Source of the DNA: an uncultured Ignavibacteriaceae bacterium
GTDB lineage: Bacteria > Bacteroidota > Ignavibacteria > UBA10030
NCBI GenBank assembly: GCA_964473365.1
Contig: CAYYOV010000009.1
Coordinates: 7,630 to 71,629, forward strand
Length of the DNA stretch: 64,000 nt
Reading direction: 5' to 3'
Positions 21,802-31,488 of the stretch are shown here, piece after piece. The position numbers and the translations under genes were made by a program. Within the stretch, counting starts at the first letter, position 1, and the number at the start of each line of letters is the position of its first letter. The notes under the pieces are model-generated. The model did no database searches, was not told the DNA's origin, and was given only the letters and a program-made list of their open reading frames with translations.

Positions 21802-24800
21802 ATGGCAATCGAACTTCTCGACCAGATTCTCGGCCACGTCCGAAACGCTATTCATCGTCAACGGTATCCGTTGCTCGATTGGCGGATGAAGGAGGGCTTG
21901 ATTCCCGGCGCGGAACGACCCGACTACAAAGAAAAGGGTTGGACCGATATCCGCGTTCCGTTCGACTGGGGCCGGTATGATCGGACCGTCTGGTTCCGAA
22001 GTGTCTGGACCGTTCCCGATGCTTCCGTAGGGAAAGCGGTCGGCGTTCGTCTCTCCTTTCCAGAAGCGCAGCTGTACGTCAATGGTGAGCCGTTCCAGGG
22101 GCTCGACGCCAATCACTGCGAGGTCCTCCTCACGGACAGGGCCCGTCGCAATCAGAAATTCCACCTTGCGGTCGAAGCATACACCGGCCGCACCGACCAT
22201 CGGCATCAGTTCACGGTCGCAGAGTCGGTCGAGATCGACACGACAGCTCGGACGCTCTATTACGGGTTGAAACTGCTCCAGGAGTTGACGAAGACGCTTG
22301 ACCACAACGGCGAAGAGTTTGCAGCCGTCAAGGAACTCATCCGTCGCACGCTCATCTTCCTCAAGTATTTCGCCCCCGACGGCGAAGAATATCCCAATGC
22401 CATCGGACGCGCCCTCGCGTTCCTACGCACGGCGATCGGAACGGAATTCAGCACCTCGATACCCGGGCTCGTGCATCTGATCGGCCAGTCGCATATCGAT
22501 GTCGTCTGGCTTTGGACCCTTGCAGAAACGGAACGAAAGAACGGCCGCACCTTTTCGACGGTCCTGCGACTCCTCGAGCAACATCCATCCTTTGCCTATT
22601 CTCAGAGCCAGCCATTCCTGTATCAACAGGTGAAGCGGCGGCACCCGCGACTGTTCTCCGAGATCAAAACGCACATCGCGTCGGGACGCTGGGAAGCGGT
22701 CGGGCCGTCATGGGTCGAGCCGGACTGCAACATCCCGTCCGGCGAGTCCCTCGTCCGGCAGCTTGTTCACGGAAGTCGTTTCTACCAGCAGGAGTTCGAG
22801 CGTCCGTCCGAGGTCCTTTGGCTTCCCGACACGTTCGGATATACCTGGTCGTTGCCGCAGATCCTGAAAAAGGCGGGCGTGCCGTACTTCTTCACCACCA
22901 AGCTTCGCTGGAACGACACGACGACGTTCCCACATACCTCGTTCTGGTGGCAAGGGATCGATGGATCGCGGGTGCTCGCGCATGTTCCGCCTCTCGGACT
23001 GGAGGCGCTTGTCACTCCCAAAGACCTCCGAAAGACCGCGAAGGAATTCGACGACGAAGCCGAGCCCTTGCCGGTGATGCAGACCTTCGGGTACGGCGAT
23101 GGTGGCGGCGGTCCGACCACCGAGCAGGCCGAAACGGCTACGTTCCTCAGTGCCATGCCTGGGCTGCCCATGTCGCAGATCTCCACGCCGACGACGTTCT
23201 TCAAGGACCTCGAGACTCGGTCGGAAGGATTGCCGGTCTGGACCAAAGAACTCTATCTGGAGAAGCACCGCGGAACGTACACGACACATGGGCGGCTGAA
23301 GAAGCTCCATCGAGGCGCCGAGCGGGCCCTCTACACGGCCGAACTTGCTGCCGTGCTTCGAGCCACGTTGCCCGGTTTCGCCCCCGTTCCGTACCCATCG
23401 AGGGAATTGGATGCGCTCTGGAAGTCGCTTCTCACGAACCAGTTCCACGACATTCTCCCGGGGACAGCGATCAAGGATGCGATGGATGAGGCATATGCCG
23501 ACGTCGATCGTATCCGAAGCTCGGCCGACTCAATGACTGTGAAGACGTTGTCCGGTCTTCTGAAGAAGCCGGCGTCAAAAGATCCAGCGACGTACACCGC
23601 GTTCAATCCCCTCGCATTCACGCGGGATGCCTATGTCGAGGTCGTTGTCGCGGGCACCGCGGCCGATTGGACGGCACACACGACCGAAGGCGGAAGACTG
23701 GACACGCAGATCGTCGAGCGTTCGAAGAATCAAGCGCGTCTCCTCGTCTATCTCCCCCATGTTCCACCGCTCGGTTGCGTCGCGTTCACGGTGACTCCGT
23801 CCGAGAAGGCCCCAGCCACACCCGGAACAGGATGGCGGTTCGCACTTCGGACTGCGGAAACGCCCCGATTGCGGCTGCGCTTCGATAACAAGGGTGGGAT
23901 CAGCTCGATCTACGACAAGACTGTTCGGAAGGAGTTTGTCCAGAAGGGAAAACGCGCAAACGCCCTCATGACGGCGCGAGACCTGCCGAAGGAGTGGGAG
24001 GCATGGGATCTCGAGGGGGACTTTGACCGCAGGCGGACGGACCTTTTTGCCTTCAAGGGGGCAAAAGTGGTTGAGCAAGGGCCCCTGCGTGCCACCATCC
24101 GGCAGGAGTACAAAACGGAGAATGGCTCATCGCTGACACAGCTGATCAAGCTGTATCATCGATCGCCGCGAATGGACGTCGAAACGCATGTGAAATGGAA
24201 GGAACACCACACGCTCTTGAAGGTGGCGTTCCCTGTGGCTGCCCGCGCGTCTGCAGCGACCTACGAGATCCAGTTCGGCGCAGTGGAGCGGGCGTCCCGG
24301 TCGAAAGACCCCGCCGACAAGGCGAAGTTCGAGGTCCCCGCCCAGCAATGGGCTGCCGTGGGCGACAGCAAGCTTGGCGTTGCGATCCTGAATGATTCGA
24401 AATACGGGTACGACTGCCGAGACAATCACCTGCGCCTCACGTTGCTCCGGTCTCCCCGGTATCCACATCCGGTCAGCCCGCAGCTCCAGACGGATACCCA
24501 CTGGACCGACGTTGGCGAACACGATATGACATACGCGTTCCTACCCTACACAGGGGACTGGAGGTCCGCCGGTGTTGTCTCTGAGGCACGATCGCTCAAC
24601 GTCCCGGTCGTGGTCCTCCCTGGAGCCCCCTTCAAGTCGATCCCGTCGTTTGTGACCATCAACAAAGCGAACATCGCCGTCACCGCGGTGAAGCCGGCTG
24701 AGGACGCTGACGGAGTGATCGTACGGATGTACGAATCCTCCGGCACGGCGACCGACGCCACCCTGACATTCGGACGATCCCCGGCCTCGTGCGAAGAGAC

Positions 24801-24921
24801 CGATCTCCTGGAACGGCTCGTCAAGGCCATGCCGGTCAAGAGCGGCAAGCTCCCGCTCCGGTTCAAGCCCTTCGAGATCAAGACGGTGCGGGTGCGATTC
24901 GCCGCCCGCAAGAAGAAGTGA
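21802..24921 (+). CDS. GH38 alpha-mannosidase (cytoplasmic; no signal peptide seen)
   Basis: HLIGQSHIDVVWLW, EPDCNIPSGESLVRQ, WLPDTFGY (nucleophile Asp), YLEKHRGTYTT, NQFHDILPG, LRLTLLRSP, PFEIKT. Confidence 0.93.
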   Translation: MAIELLDQILGHVRNAIHRQRYPLLDWRMKEGLIPGAERPDYKEKGWTDIRVPFDWGRYDRTVWFRSVWTVPDASVGKAVGVRLSFPEAQLYVNGEPFQGLDANHCEVLLTDRARRNQKFHLAVEAYTGRTDHRHQFTVAESVEIDTTARTLYYGLKLLQELTKTLDHNGEEFAAVKELIRRTLIFLKYFAPDGEEYPNAIGRALAFLRTAIGTEFSTSIPGLVHLIGQSHIDVVWLWTLAETERKNGRTFSTVLRLLEQHPSFAYSQSQPFLYQQVKRRHPRLFSEIKTHIASGRWEAVGPSWVEPDCNIPSGESLVRQLVHGSRFYQQEFERPSEVLWLPDTFGYTWSLPQILKKAGVPYFFTTKLRWNDTTTFPHTSFWWQGIDGSRVLAHVPPLGLEALVTPKDLRKTAKEFDDEAEPLPVMQTFGYGDGGGGPTTEQAETATFLSAMPGLPMSQISTPTTFFKDLETRSEGLPVWTKELYLEKHRGTYTTHGRLKKLHRGAERALYTAELAAVLRATLPGFAPVPYPSRELDALWKSLLTNQFHDILPGTAIKDAMDEAYADVDRIRSSADSMTVKTLSGLLKKPASKDPATYTAFNPLAFTRDAYVEVVVAGTAADWTAHTTEGGRLDTQIVERSKNQARLLVYLPHVPPLGCVAFTVTPSEKAPATPGTGWRFALRTAETPRLRLRFDNKGGISSIYDKTVRKEFVQKGKRANALMTARDLPKEWEAWDLEGDFDRRRTDLFAFKGAKVVEQGPLRATIRQEYKTENGSSLTQLIKLYHRSPRMDVETHVKWKEHHTLLKVAFPVAARASAATYEIQFGAVERASRSKDPADKAKFEVPAQQWAAVGDSKLGVAILNDSKYGYDCRDNHLRLTLLRSPRYPHPVSPQLQTDTHWTDVGEHDMTYAFLPYTGDWRSAGVVSEARSLNVPVVVLPGAPFKSIPSFVTINKANIAVTAVKPAEDADGVIVRMYESSGTATDATLTFGRSPASCEETDLLERLVKAMPVKSGKLPLRFKPFEIKTVRVRFAARKKK

Positions 24922-25601
24922 ACGTGGTCTCGCTCATCCCTCGAGGCCTCATCGTTTCCTGTCAGGCCGAAGACGACAGTCCCTTCAACGCACCGCCGTT
25001 CATTGCCGCCTTTGCCCGGTCCGCCGAACTTGGTGGGGCAATCGCCCTTCGTTTGCGCGACATCGACAATGTAGTGGCTGTGCGGAAGCATGTTCGACTT
25101 CCGATCATCGGCATCACGAAGGGCGCGTATGCTGATGGGAGCGTGCTGGTAACGCCGAGCCGGGATGACGTCGCACAATTGTTCGCTTCCGGAGCCGATC
25201 TCGTCGCGGCGGATGTGACCGATCGAACCGGGCCGGACGGCATCCATCGGCTCGAGTGGTTCCGGAGTGTTCGGCGCGAGTTTGCACAACCGTTAATGGC
25301 GGACGTCGCGACCTACGACGAAGGGATCCGCGCCGCTGAGGCGGGCGCTGACCTTGTTGCTACAACGTTGGCGGGCTACACACCCTCGACCGCACGATCT
25401 CGAAGGGATGTGCCTGACTTTGAGCTGATCGAACGGCTCGCGAAAGACCTGCCTGGAAAGGTGGTTGCCGAGGGAAGGGTCTGGACGCCGGAACAGGCCG
25501 CGCTTGCGTTGCGCCTTGGTGCCGTGGCCGTCGTCGTTGGGACAGCGATCACAAGACCGATTGACATCGTAAAGCGATTCGTGTCATCGCTGAACCGCTG
25601 A
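24918..25601 (+). CDS. nanE: N-acetylmannosamine-6-phosphate 2-epimerase
   Basis: GLIVSCQA, PIIGITK (catalytic Lys), LMADVAT, ATTLAGYT, VAEGR, VVVGTAITRP. GTGA overlap with the GH38 stop. Confidence 0.93.
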   Translation: MNVVSLIPRGLIVSCQAEDDSPFNAPPFIAAFARSAELGGAIALRLRDIDNVVAVRKHVRLPIIGITKGAYADGSVLVTPSRDDVAQLFASGADLVAADVTDRTGPDGIHRLEWFRSVRREFAQPLMADVATYDEGIRAAEAGADLVATTLAGYTPSTARSRRDVPDFELIERLAKDLPGKVVAEGRVWTPEQAALALRLGAVAVVVGTAITRPIDIVKRFVSSLNR

Positions 25602-27614
25602 CCGCTCGAAGACCATCGCGGCAGCGCCGAGCAGTCCCGCATCCTCAAGGTCTGAGAACAGGACCTTCGCTCCCCCCCGCTGCACCTTCATGGCGGTCTC
25701 TTCGTATCGCTCCTGCAACGCATCGAAGTAGATCGCTCCGCTCTTCAAGACGCTCCCGCCCAGCACGACCGTATCCGGGTTCAACACGTTCACAAGGCTC
25801 GCCAAGGCCGCCCCGAGCGCAGCGCCACCATCTCGGAGGACCTGTTGCGCCGGTCCGTTCCCGCCCGCCGCTTGCCTCGCGACTTCATCCGCCGACCAGT
25901 CGTAGCCTGCGGCTTTCGCCCGCCTCGCAATTCCAGAACCGGAAGCATACAGTTCAACACAGCCTGCCCCGCCGCAGGAACATCTGGGACCGTCGGCGTC
26001 GACGCTGATGTGACCGATCTCCCCCGCCGCGTTCTCGGCCCCGCGCACGAGTTGGCCATTGACCAGAAGACCACCCCCGATGCCCGTTCCCACGCGAACG
26101 ATCAGCGCGTGCGTTGCACCGCCTGCCTTTCCAAACCGCACTTCAGCCATCGCCGCACAATGTCCATCATTGTCGACCCACGCAGGCAAGCCAATCTCTC
26201 GCTCGATGATCATCGCTAATGGCACGTCTGCCCAGCCGCTCAGCAATGCCGTCGAATCGAGGATGACGCCGTTCTCATGATCGACACGGCCTCCCGTGCT
26301 CACTCCGACACCACGGACGCGACGTTGCCCGGCATTCCTGGCCGCGCGACGGACGAGTGCAAGAAGCGCGACCTCGATCTCTTCGCGTCCGCCGGGAGTC
26401 GGGACCGCTTCGCGTGCCTCGATGGTCCCCTGCATGGTCACTACGCCTGCACGCAGATGCGTGCCCCCAAGATCGACTGCGACTGCCACGTCACCCTGTG
26501 ATTCCTGGACGACATCGGCTCCGGCCGGAGGGATCGAAGGCTTGATCTGATAGTCGCCCTTCACGAAGTGATAAATGTCCTCATAGAATTCCCGTTCGCG
26601 CGGATCGCTGTGCCCGATCATTTTCCGAAGCGAGCCAACCCCTTGGAAGTGTGCACATGCTGCATCGCGCATGTAGCCGTACGTTACGCCACCATTGAGA
26701 TAGTCACGGAATCGAGAGTGCCGTTCTGATGTGATCGCGATCGGCTCGTCCAATTCGAGGTAGTACTCGATCTCGATCCCGGCATAGCGCTGACGCGCCG
26801 CACGGGCTGCTCCCTCGATCGTCTTTCCCGATCGATAGAACATGTAGTTTGGCTGGAGGAAGGCCAGATCGAAATAGTACGCGCGGTAGTCATCGAGCAA
26901 ATGGACGTTGTATGTCGACCAGAACGGGATCCACGAGGTCTTGAGTCCATGGCGATGAACGTGTTCCCGCAACTCTTTCAGGAGCCAATGGTCATCCACC
27001 TCCCAACTCCGGTAGACCGTCTCGAACATCCAATAGACGCCGAGGAGGTGGACGTGCTTCCATGTGCCTTCGTTCCATCGACGCACAATCTCATCCACGA
27101 ACCACTTTTCGGCCGCCAGACGTTGTTGCGTGGCCTTCATCAGGTTCTGTGTCCCGATCCCGAAGTCGAGTTCTGGTCCGTCCGGCACCAGCCGCCCCCA
27201 TCGGCGTTGCGAAATGTGCGGATAGGGCAGCATCAGGATCACATTTCGCTGGTGCTCCGGAAACGAGCCGATCTCTTGTCCACAGCGCTCGATCGTCTGA
27301 TCGAGCGTGGCGACCGCTCCCGTAGGCCCCAGATAGAACTCAAGCAATGCTTCCCAGTCCTGTTTCGACGCCGGATGAGGAGACACCATTGCAAAGAAGT
27401 CCCCTTCCCCCGACATCGAGGTCCCCAGGTTCACATCCGCAGACAGATCTCGACCCGCAGCCGCTTTCACATTCAGGAAGAGAAAAGAATCGAATAACCA
27501 GTCGTCAGATCGACTGTTGGCCCCCTGATGCGCGACGTAGTAGCGAAGGTCGTCTTCTGTCCATGGGCGCTCGACTCCGCCATACATCAACATGAGATGG
27601 CGGAGATGGTTCAT
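25584..27614 (-). CDS. Fusion of DUF4855-like (putative glycoside hydrolase-like TIM barrel) and ROK sugar kinase (ManNAc-kinase-like)
   Basis: The N-terminal ~360 aa has DUF4855-like motifs (LMYGG…RPWT, DWLFDSFLFL, WIPFW, FDLAFLQPNY, GIEIE). The C-terminal ~300 aa is a ROK kinase (AVDLGGT, VDNDG, GTGIGGG, GEIGH…CSCGGAGCVE). One continuous frame. Confidence 0.8.
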   Translation of the reverse strand: MNHLRHLMLMYGGVERPWTEDDLRYYVAHQGANSRSDDWLFDSFLFLNVKAAAGRDLSADVNLGTSMSGEGDFFAMVSPHPASKQDWEALLEFYLGPTGAVATLDQTIERCGQEIGSFPEHQRNVILMLPYPHISQRRWGRLVPDGPELDFGIGTQNLMKATQQRLAAEKWFVDEIVRRWNEGTWKHVHLLGVYWMFETVYRSWEVDDHWLLKELREHVHRHGLKTSWIPFWSTYNVHLLDDYRAYYFDLAFLQPNYMFYRSGKTIEGAARAARQRYAGIEIEYYLELDEPIAITSERHSRFRDYLNGGVTYGYMRDAACAHFQGVGSLRKMIGHSDPREREFYEDIYHFVKGDYQIKPSIPPAGADVVQESQGDVAVAVDLGGTHLRAGVVTMQGTIEAREAVPTPGGREEIEVALLALVRRAARNAGQRRVRGVGVSTGGRVDHENGVILDSTALLSGWADVPLAMIIEREIGLPAWVDNDGHCAAMAEVRFGKAGGATHALIVRVGTGIGGGLLVNGQLVRGAENAAGEIGHISVDADGPRCSCGGAGCVELYASGSGIARRAKAAGYDWSADEVARQAAGGNGPAQQVLRDGGAALGAALASLVNVLNPDTVVLGGSVLKSGAIYFDALQERYEETAMKVQRGGAKVLFSDLEDAGLLGAAAMVFERSAVQR

Positions 27615-27712
27615 TGAAGGCGACGATTGAGGGAAATACGGCATGGACTCCTTCTGGAGCTAACGAATGATCATGAGTCGTGGTTTCGAGCACGGCCGCG
27701 GGGGCCTCCAAG

Positions 27713-29899
27713 CTACTTTGGCGCCACGATGAGCACCGCCGGTTCTGCAGAGGGATGTTCTTCCAACTCCGCCTTCACCAGCGTGAGCATCTGTTCCTTC
27801 GTTGCGACGCCGCTCAGATCGACCACCCTGCCTGAGAGCAAGAGGAAGACGTCTGGCACGAGGCCTCCTGCATCGCCAAACGAGGTCATGGATTCGGCCA
27901 AACTGTCCAATCGGGAGCTCGCAGTTCGAACCGTCACGTGTTCGACCGCGGCATTCGACAGCTTCAGTCGGACCACTCCATCGGTCCCAACGACTCGAAC
28001 CGGTCGACGCTCCGACGCGATCCATCCGAAGAACCGCCGTGTGCGCTGGTATCCTTGAAACACGCGGAGAAATGCCGTCGAACCCACCTGATCGATGGGC
28101 GCGTCCAGAGGTCCCATTGAAACGTTTGCGATGCGCCGGATCTCATCGTCGGGCATGTGACGAGCCATGAGGTCGCGCGTACGAAGTTCGGGCACGCCCG
28201 TCGCCACCGCGATCAGCCGCTTTTGTTTTGGGTCGACCTCGACCCGCACTTCGATCGAGTCGGCCGAGGCCCCCATTGCTGCTACTGACGCTGCCGCATC
28301 CGTACGGATCCGGAGGATATCCGCCTCCGTGGGTGAGATCACACTTCGTTCGATCGTGTCGCGGATCATGCCCAATGCCGCCCCGATCGCAGAGATCACC
28401 TCAGCATGGTTAGAGATCGCATAGGGAAGATCACTCTGCCGAGCTGTCTCCGGGACGACGGCCTCTGCACCTCCGCCCCCCCCGACAAGCGACAAGAGCC
28501 CGCGGTCCAGGTCATATTCGCTGATGAATTGCTCAACGACCCGGGAGACTTTCCTGGACGCGGTCTCAAGAACGGTCTTTGCCCAAAGGGACGGTTCCTG
28601 GCCCACCACGGGGCGCAACAGGTCCGCCAGTCGGTTCACGGTCTCCTTGTTGCCCTTTGCGTAGCCCGAAGGCGTCTCCGACAGGTTCAACGCATCCGTG
28701 GTGGTGATGGCCAGCGCCGGGGCCGAACCGTCTGCCGGGACAAGCGCAGCATAATCATCCGGGTCGCCCGGCCTTGGACGAACGCTTCGGGCCGAAACGT
28801 TGGCGAGCCGCTGTGGAGGGCTGAACGAAGGATACAGCATACCGGCGATATGCGCGCTGCGCGGCCCGACGTCAACGACCTTCCCATGGTGCCACCGAAC
28901 CATCGAGCCTCCGCCGATGCCGACGGTACGAATGTCGAGCGTCTTCACGAACAACCGATGTCCCCCGACCTCCGACGTGCGCACCATCGGACGCCCGTTC
29001 TTGATGATGGAGATATCCGTGCTGGTGCCGCCGACTTCGAGGAAGAGACCGTCGGACACGCGCGCATACATCAACGCGGCTGCCACTCCGGCCGCCGGAC
29101 CCGACAGCATCGTCAGGATCGGACGGCGCCGCATTTCCTGGATGTCCATGATGCCGCCGTCGCTTCGCATGATCATCAGCGGCGTCGTGATGCCCGCCTT
29201 TCGCACGGACCGCTCGGTCATGTTCGCCGCTTCAAGCATCTTTGGTAACATCGACGCATTGATGACCGCGGTTCGGGTCCGAACGCGCAGTCCGTAGAGC
29301 TGCGAGATATCTGCAGCGGCAGTCACAAGAAGTCCCTGTGCCTGAAGGAGCGCTGCCGCCTCGTGCTCACGCGCGGGGTCATCCACCCCGAATGCCTCAC
29401 TGATGACGAAGACCTCGGCACCTTCTGACCGAAGTTCCTGAGCAATTCGTATAACGGCCTCCGCGGGGACTCCTTCCGTCACATCAACGTAGCGATGGCA
29501 GGTCTCGAGATACTTGCCGGGAGCGAGTTCGATGCCTCCCACCCGCGTCTGACGTCGAGCCAACCAGCCGTCTCCCTTTCGGCCGAGGCCTATGATTCCG
29601 ACCCGTGCCACGTCCCCCTCGAGGAGTGCATTGGTCGCTTGAGTCGTGCTATGTGCAATGAGCGAGACCTCTGACGGCCGAACCTTGGCTGTTCTGAGCA
29701 AAGCCTCCATCGCCTCGACGACGCCTCGCGCAACCCCCTCCTTCGCAGCATGCGTCGTTGGAACAACAGCCGTCCCCAAAAGTCTCAAGGACGACGCTTC
29801 GAGGGCCACGGCGTGCGTGAACGTTCCCCCAACGTCAATGCCGATCTTGACCTGGCGCCTCGAGCGCTTCTGTTTCGCTATGGAAGGTCTTTTAGCCAT
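27713..29899 (-). CDS. Hydantoinase/oxoprolinase (subunit A-like, ASKHA fold) family protein
   Basis: IGIDVGGTFTH, HSTTQATNALLE, LMIMRSDGG, TMLSGPAAGV, EVGGTSTDI, IGIGGGS-like (TVGIGGGS), VISAIGAA. Confidence 0.88.
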   Translation of the reverse strand: MAKRPSIAKQKRSRRQVKIGIDVGGTFTHAVALEASSLRLLGTAVVPTTHAAKEGVARGVVEAMEALLRTAKVRPSEVSLIAHSTTQATNALLEGDVARVGIIGLGRKGDGWLARRQTRVGGIELAPGKYLETCHRYVDVTEGVPAEAVIRIAQELRSEGAEVFVISEAFGVDDPAREHEAAALLQAQGLLVTAAADISQLYGLRVRTRTAVINASMLPKMLEAANMTERSVRKAGITTPLMIMRSDGGIMDIQEMRRRPILTMLSGPAAGVAAALMYARVSDGLFLEVGGTSTDISIIKNGRPMVRTSEVGGHRLFVKTLDIRTVGIGGGSMVRWHHGKVVDVGPRSAHIAGMLYPSFSPPQRLANVSARSVRPRPGDPDDYAALVPADGSAPALAITTTDALNLSETPSGYAKGNKETVNRLADLLRPVVGQEPSLWAKTVLETASRKVSRVVEQFISEYDLDRGLLSLVGGGGGAEAVVPETARQSDLPYAISNHAEVISAIGAALGMIRDTIERSVISPTEADILRIRTDAAASVAAMGASADSIEVRVEVDPKQKRLIAVATGVPELRTRDLMARHMPDDEIRRIANVSMGPLDAPIDQVGSTAFLRVFQGYQRTRRFFGWIASERRPVRVVGTDGVVRLKLSNAAVEHVTVRTASSRLDSLAESMTSFGDAGGLVPDVFLLLSGRVVDLSGVATKEQMLTLVKAELEEHPSAEPAVLIVAPK

Positions 29900-29912
29900 G
29901 GGGTACTGTTAG

Positions 29913-29983
29913 CCGCAGAGGCCGCAACGGGGCGTTGAACGATCCGTCACGCTTCGTCCTTGCGCTCTGTGCGTTCTCTGCGG
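29913..29983. repeat. Intergenic REP-like inverted repeat (CCGCAGAG…CTCTGCGG)
   Basis: 8-bp inverted arms at 29913-29920 and 29976-29983, with an internal related GCTCTGTGCG unit. Confidence 0.35.
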
Positions 29984-29994
29984 TTCAGTCCTCG

Positions 29995-31482
29995 TCAATA
30001 GAACAACGCACCTGCAATGCACAGCCCGAGCAGGGCAGCCATCCACGCGTACGGCAGCGTACGCCACATGATCTCGTTCACATCGATGCGGACCTCGTTG
30101 GCCACCCAGACATTCTGCGTATTCGTGGGATCGCTGATGCCCTGGATGATCCCAAGCGACATCAGAATACCCATGACCGCACCGGCGGGGACTCCGGTCG
30201 CCAGCAGGATACCTCCGACGCCATAGCCGAGCCCCCACACATTCAATGGGCCACGATACAAGGCGAGCGGTCCGAGCAACGTGAACAGGACGACGTAATT
30301 CCATCCCGACGTCGGGACGATCAGCGACAACAGGGGCTTCATGTCGCTCATGACAGGCCACTCTGTGACGCCGGCGACTGCCGCATCAGCAAACCAGGAG
30401 CGACCAGGGCCTGTCGTCGTGGGTCCGAGGATGGCGCTCAGCAGCATGCCGATCCCGAGCATGAGGACGACGGCGGGGATCACGCTCGAGCTTCCTTCGA
30501 TCACGGAACGGGTGACCATGTTGACCGACCCCTTGCGCAAAGTCACAAGGATGCCGTAGACGAACGCTGCAATAAACGCTGCGACGTATGGGATCCCGAA
30601 CAGGAGGATCAACAGGAGGGGCACAAGCGGAGTGGCGTATGCCCATGCTGAAACGCGTGTCTCCTGGACAGCTGAACGCGAACGCCAATACCTCCACACG
30701 CGTGAGACCACGCCATAGACGAGGACCGCCGCGAGCAACCAGCGCAACGGTTCGGCAAGCCACGTCCACGCCGTTCCGTCGACCATGAGGGCCAGTATTC
30801 CCACGCCCCCTGCCACCACGGCCATCACGGCCAGCGATCGCCGTATGGTTCGAAACCGGACGGAGCCGCCCCGAAGGAGTTCGATCGTGAGGAACGCGAC
30901 CGCCACCAGCGCCGTCAGCCCGAAGAGCGTTGCAGCGTACGACGACACGACGGAATCCTCCAACCGAAGGACAGATCGATAGACCGCCCAGTTGTTAGCG
31001 TTCAACAATCCGCCCAGGCTGATCCCGACGAGAAGCACGCCGGCTGCCACATGTTCCCGCATTCCCAACGAGAGCAGGATCGGCAGGATCACAGCTCCGA
31101 CCATGATCACGGCCCCGAGTCCGCCGATCGTCGTGAAGAGCAAGGTCACGATCGACAACATCACCAATGCCACAAGCAGCGGATTATCACCGGCGAACTC
31201 AGCTCCGCGCCGGACGATCTGCTCGGCAACGCCTGATCGCTGCAGCAATTGGCTGACCATTCCGCCAAAGAACGAGATCACCATGGGGTCTGCCAGGCGA
31301 AGGGCGCCGTCCGCCAGGATCGCCGAGCTCACGTCCACCCAAGTCAGATGTCCGCTGAAGACCTGGACAACCCCTATCCCGAATGCCATCATCGGAAGGG
31401 CAAGCACCGCCGGCAGCTTCCTGAGGAACATCAGAGCTGCCGCGATGACGAACAGGAGAAGGATCAGGAGCGCATTCACCAT
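29995..31482 (-). CDS. Ion-transporter (IT) superfamily permease (citrate transporter/GntP-like)
   Basis: About 13 TM segments, with LLQRSGVAEQIVRRGAEFAGD, LLFTTIGGLGAVIMVG and ISDPTNTQNVW. Confidence 0.75.
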   Translation of the reverse strand: MVNALLILLLFVIAAALMFLRKLPAVLALPMMAFGIGVVQVFSGHLTWVDVSSAILADGALRLADPMVISFFGGMVSQLLQRSGVAEQIVRRGAEFAGDNPLLVALVMLSIVTLLFTTIGGLGAVIMVGAVILPILLSLGMREHVAAGVLLVGISLGGLLNANNWAVYRSVLRLEDSVVSSYAATLFGLTALVAVAFLTIELLRGGSVRFRTIRRSLAVMAVVAGGVGILALMVDGTAWTWLAEPLRWLLAAVLVYGVVSRVWRYWRSRSAVQETRVSAWAYATPLVPLLLILLFGIPYVAAFIAAFVYGILVTLRKGSVNMVTRSVIEGSSSVIPAVVLMLGIGMLLSAILGPTTTGPGRSWFADAAVAGVTEWPVMSDMKPLLSLIVPTSGWNYVVLFTLLGPLALYRGPLNVWGLGYGVGGILLATGVPAGAVMGILMSLGIIQGISDPTNTQNVWVANEVRIDVNEIMWRTLPYAWMAALLGLCIAGALFY

Positions 31483-31488
31483 GGCAGG

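Noticed and set aside
24918-26495. Canonical sialic-acid (nan) catabolic operon
   Set aside because: No nanA lyase, sialidase or nanT/SiaT transporter is visible, only the ManNAc-level steps.
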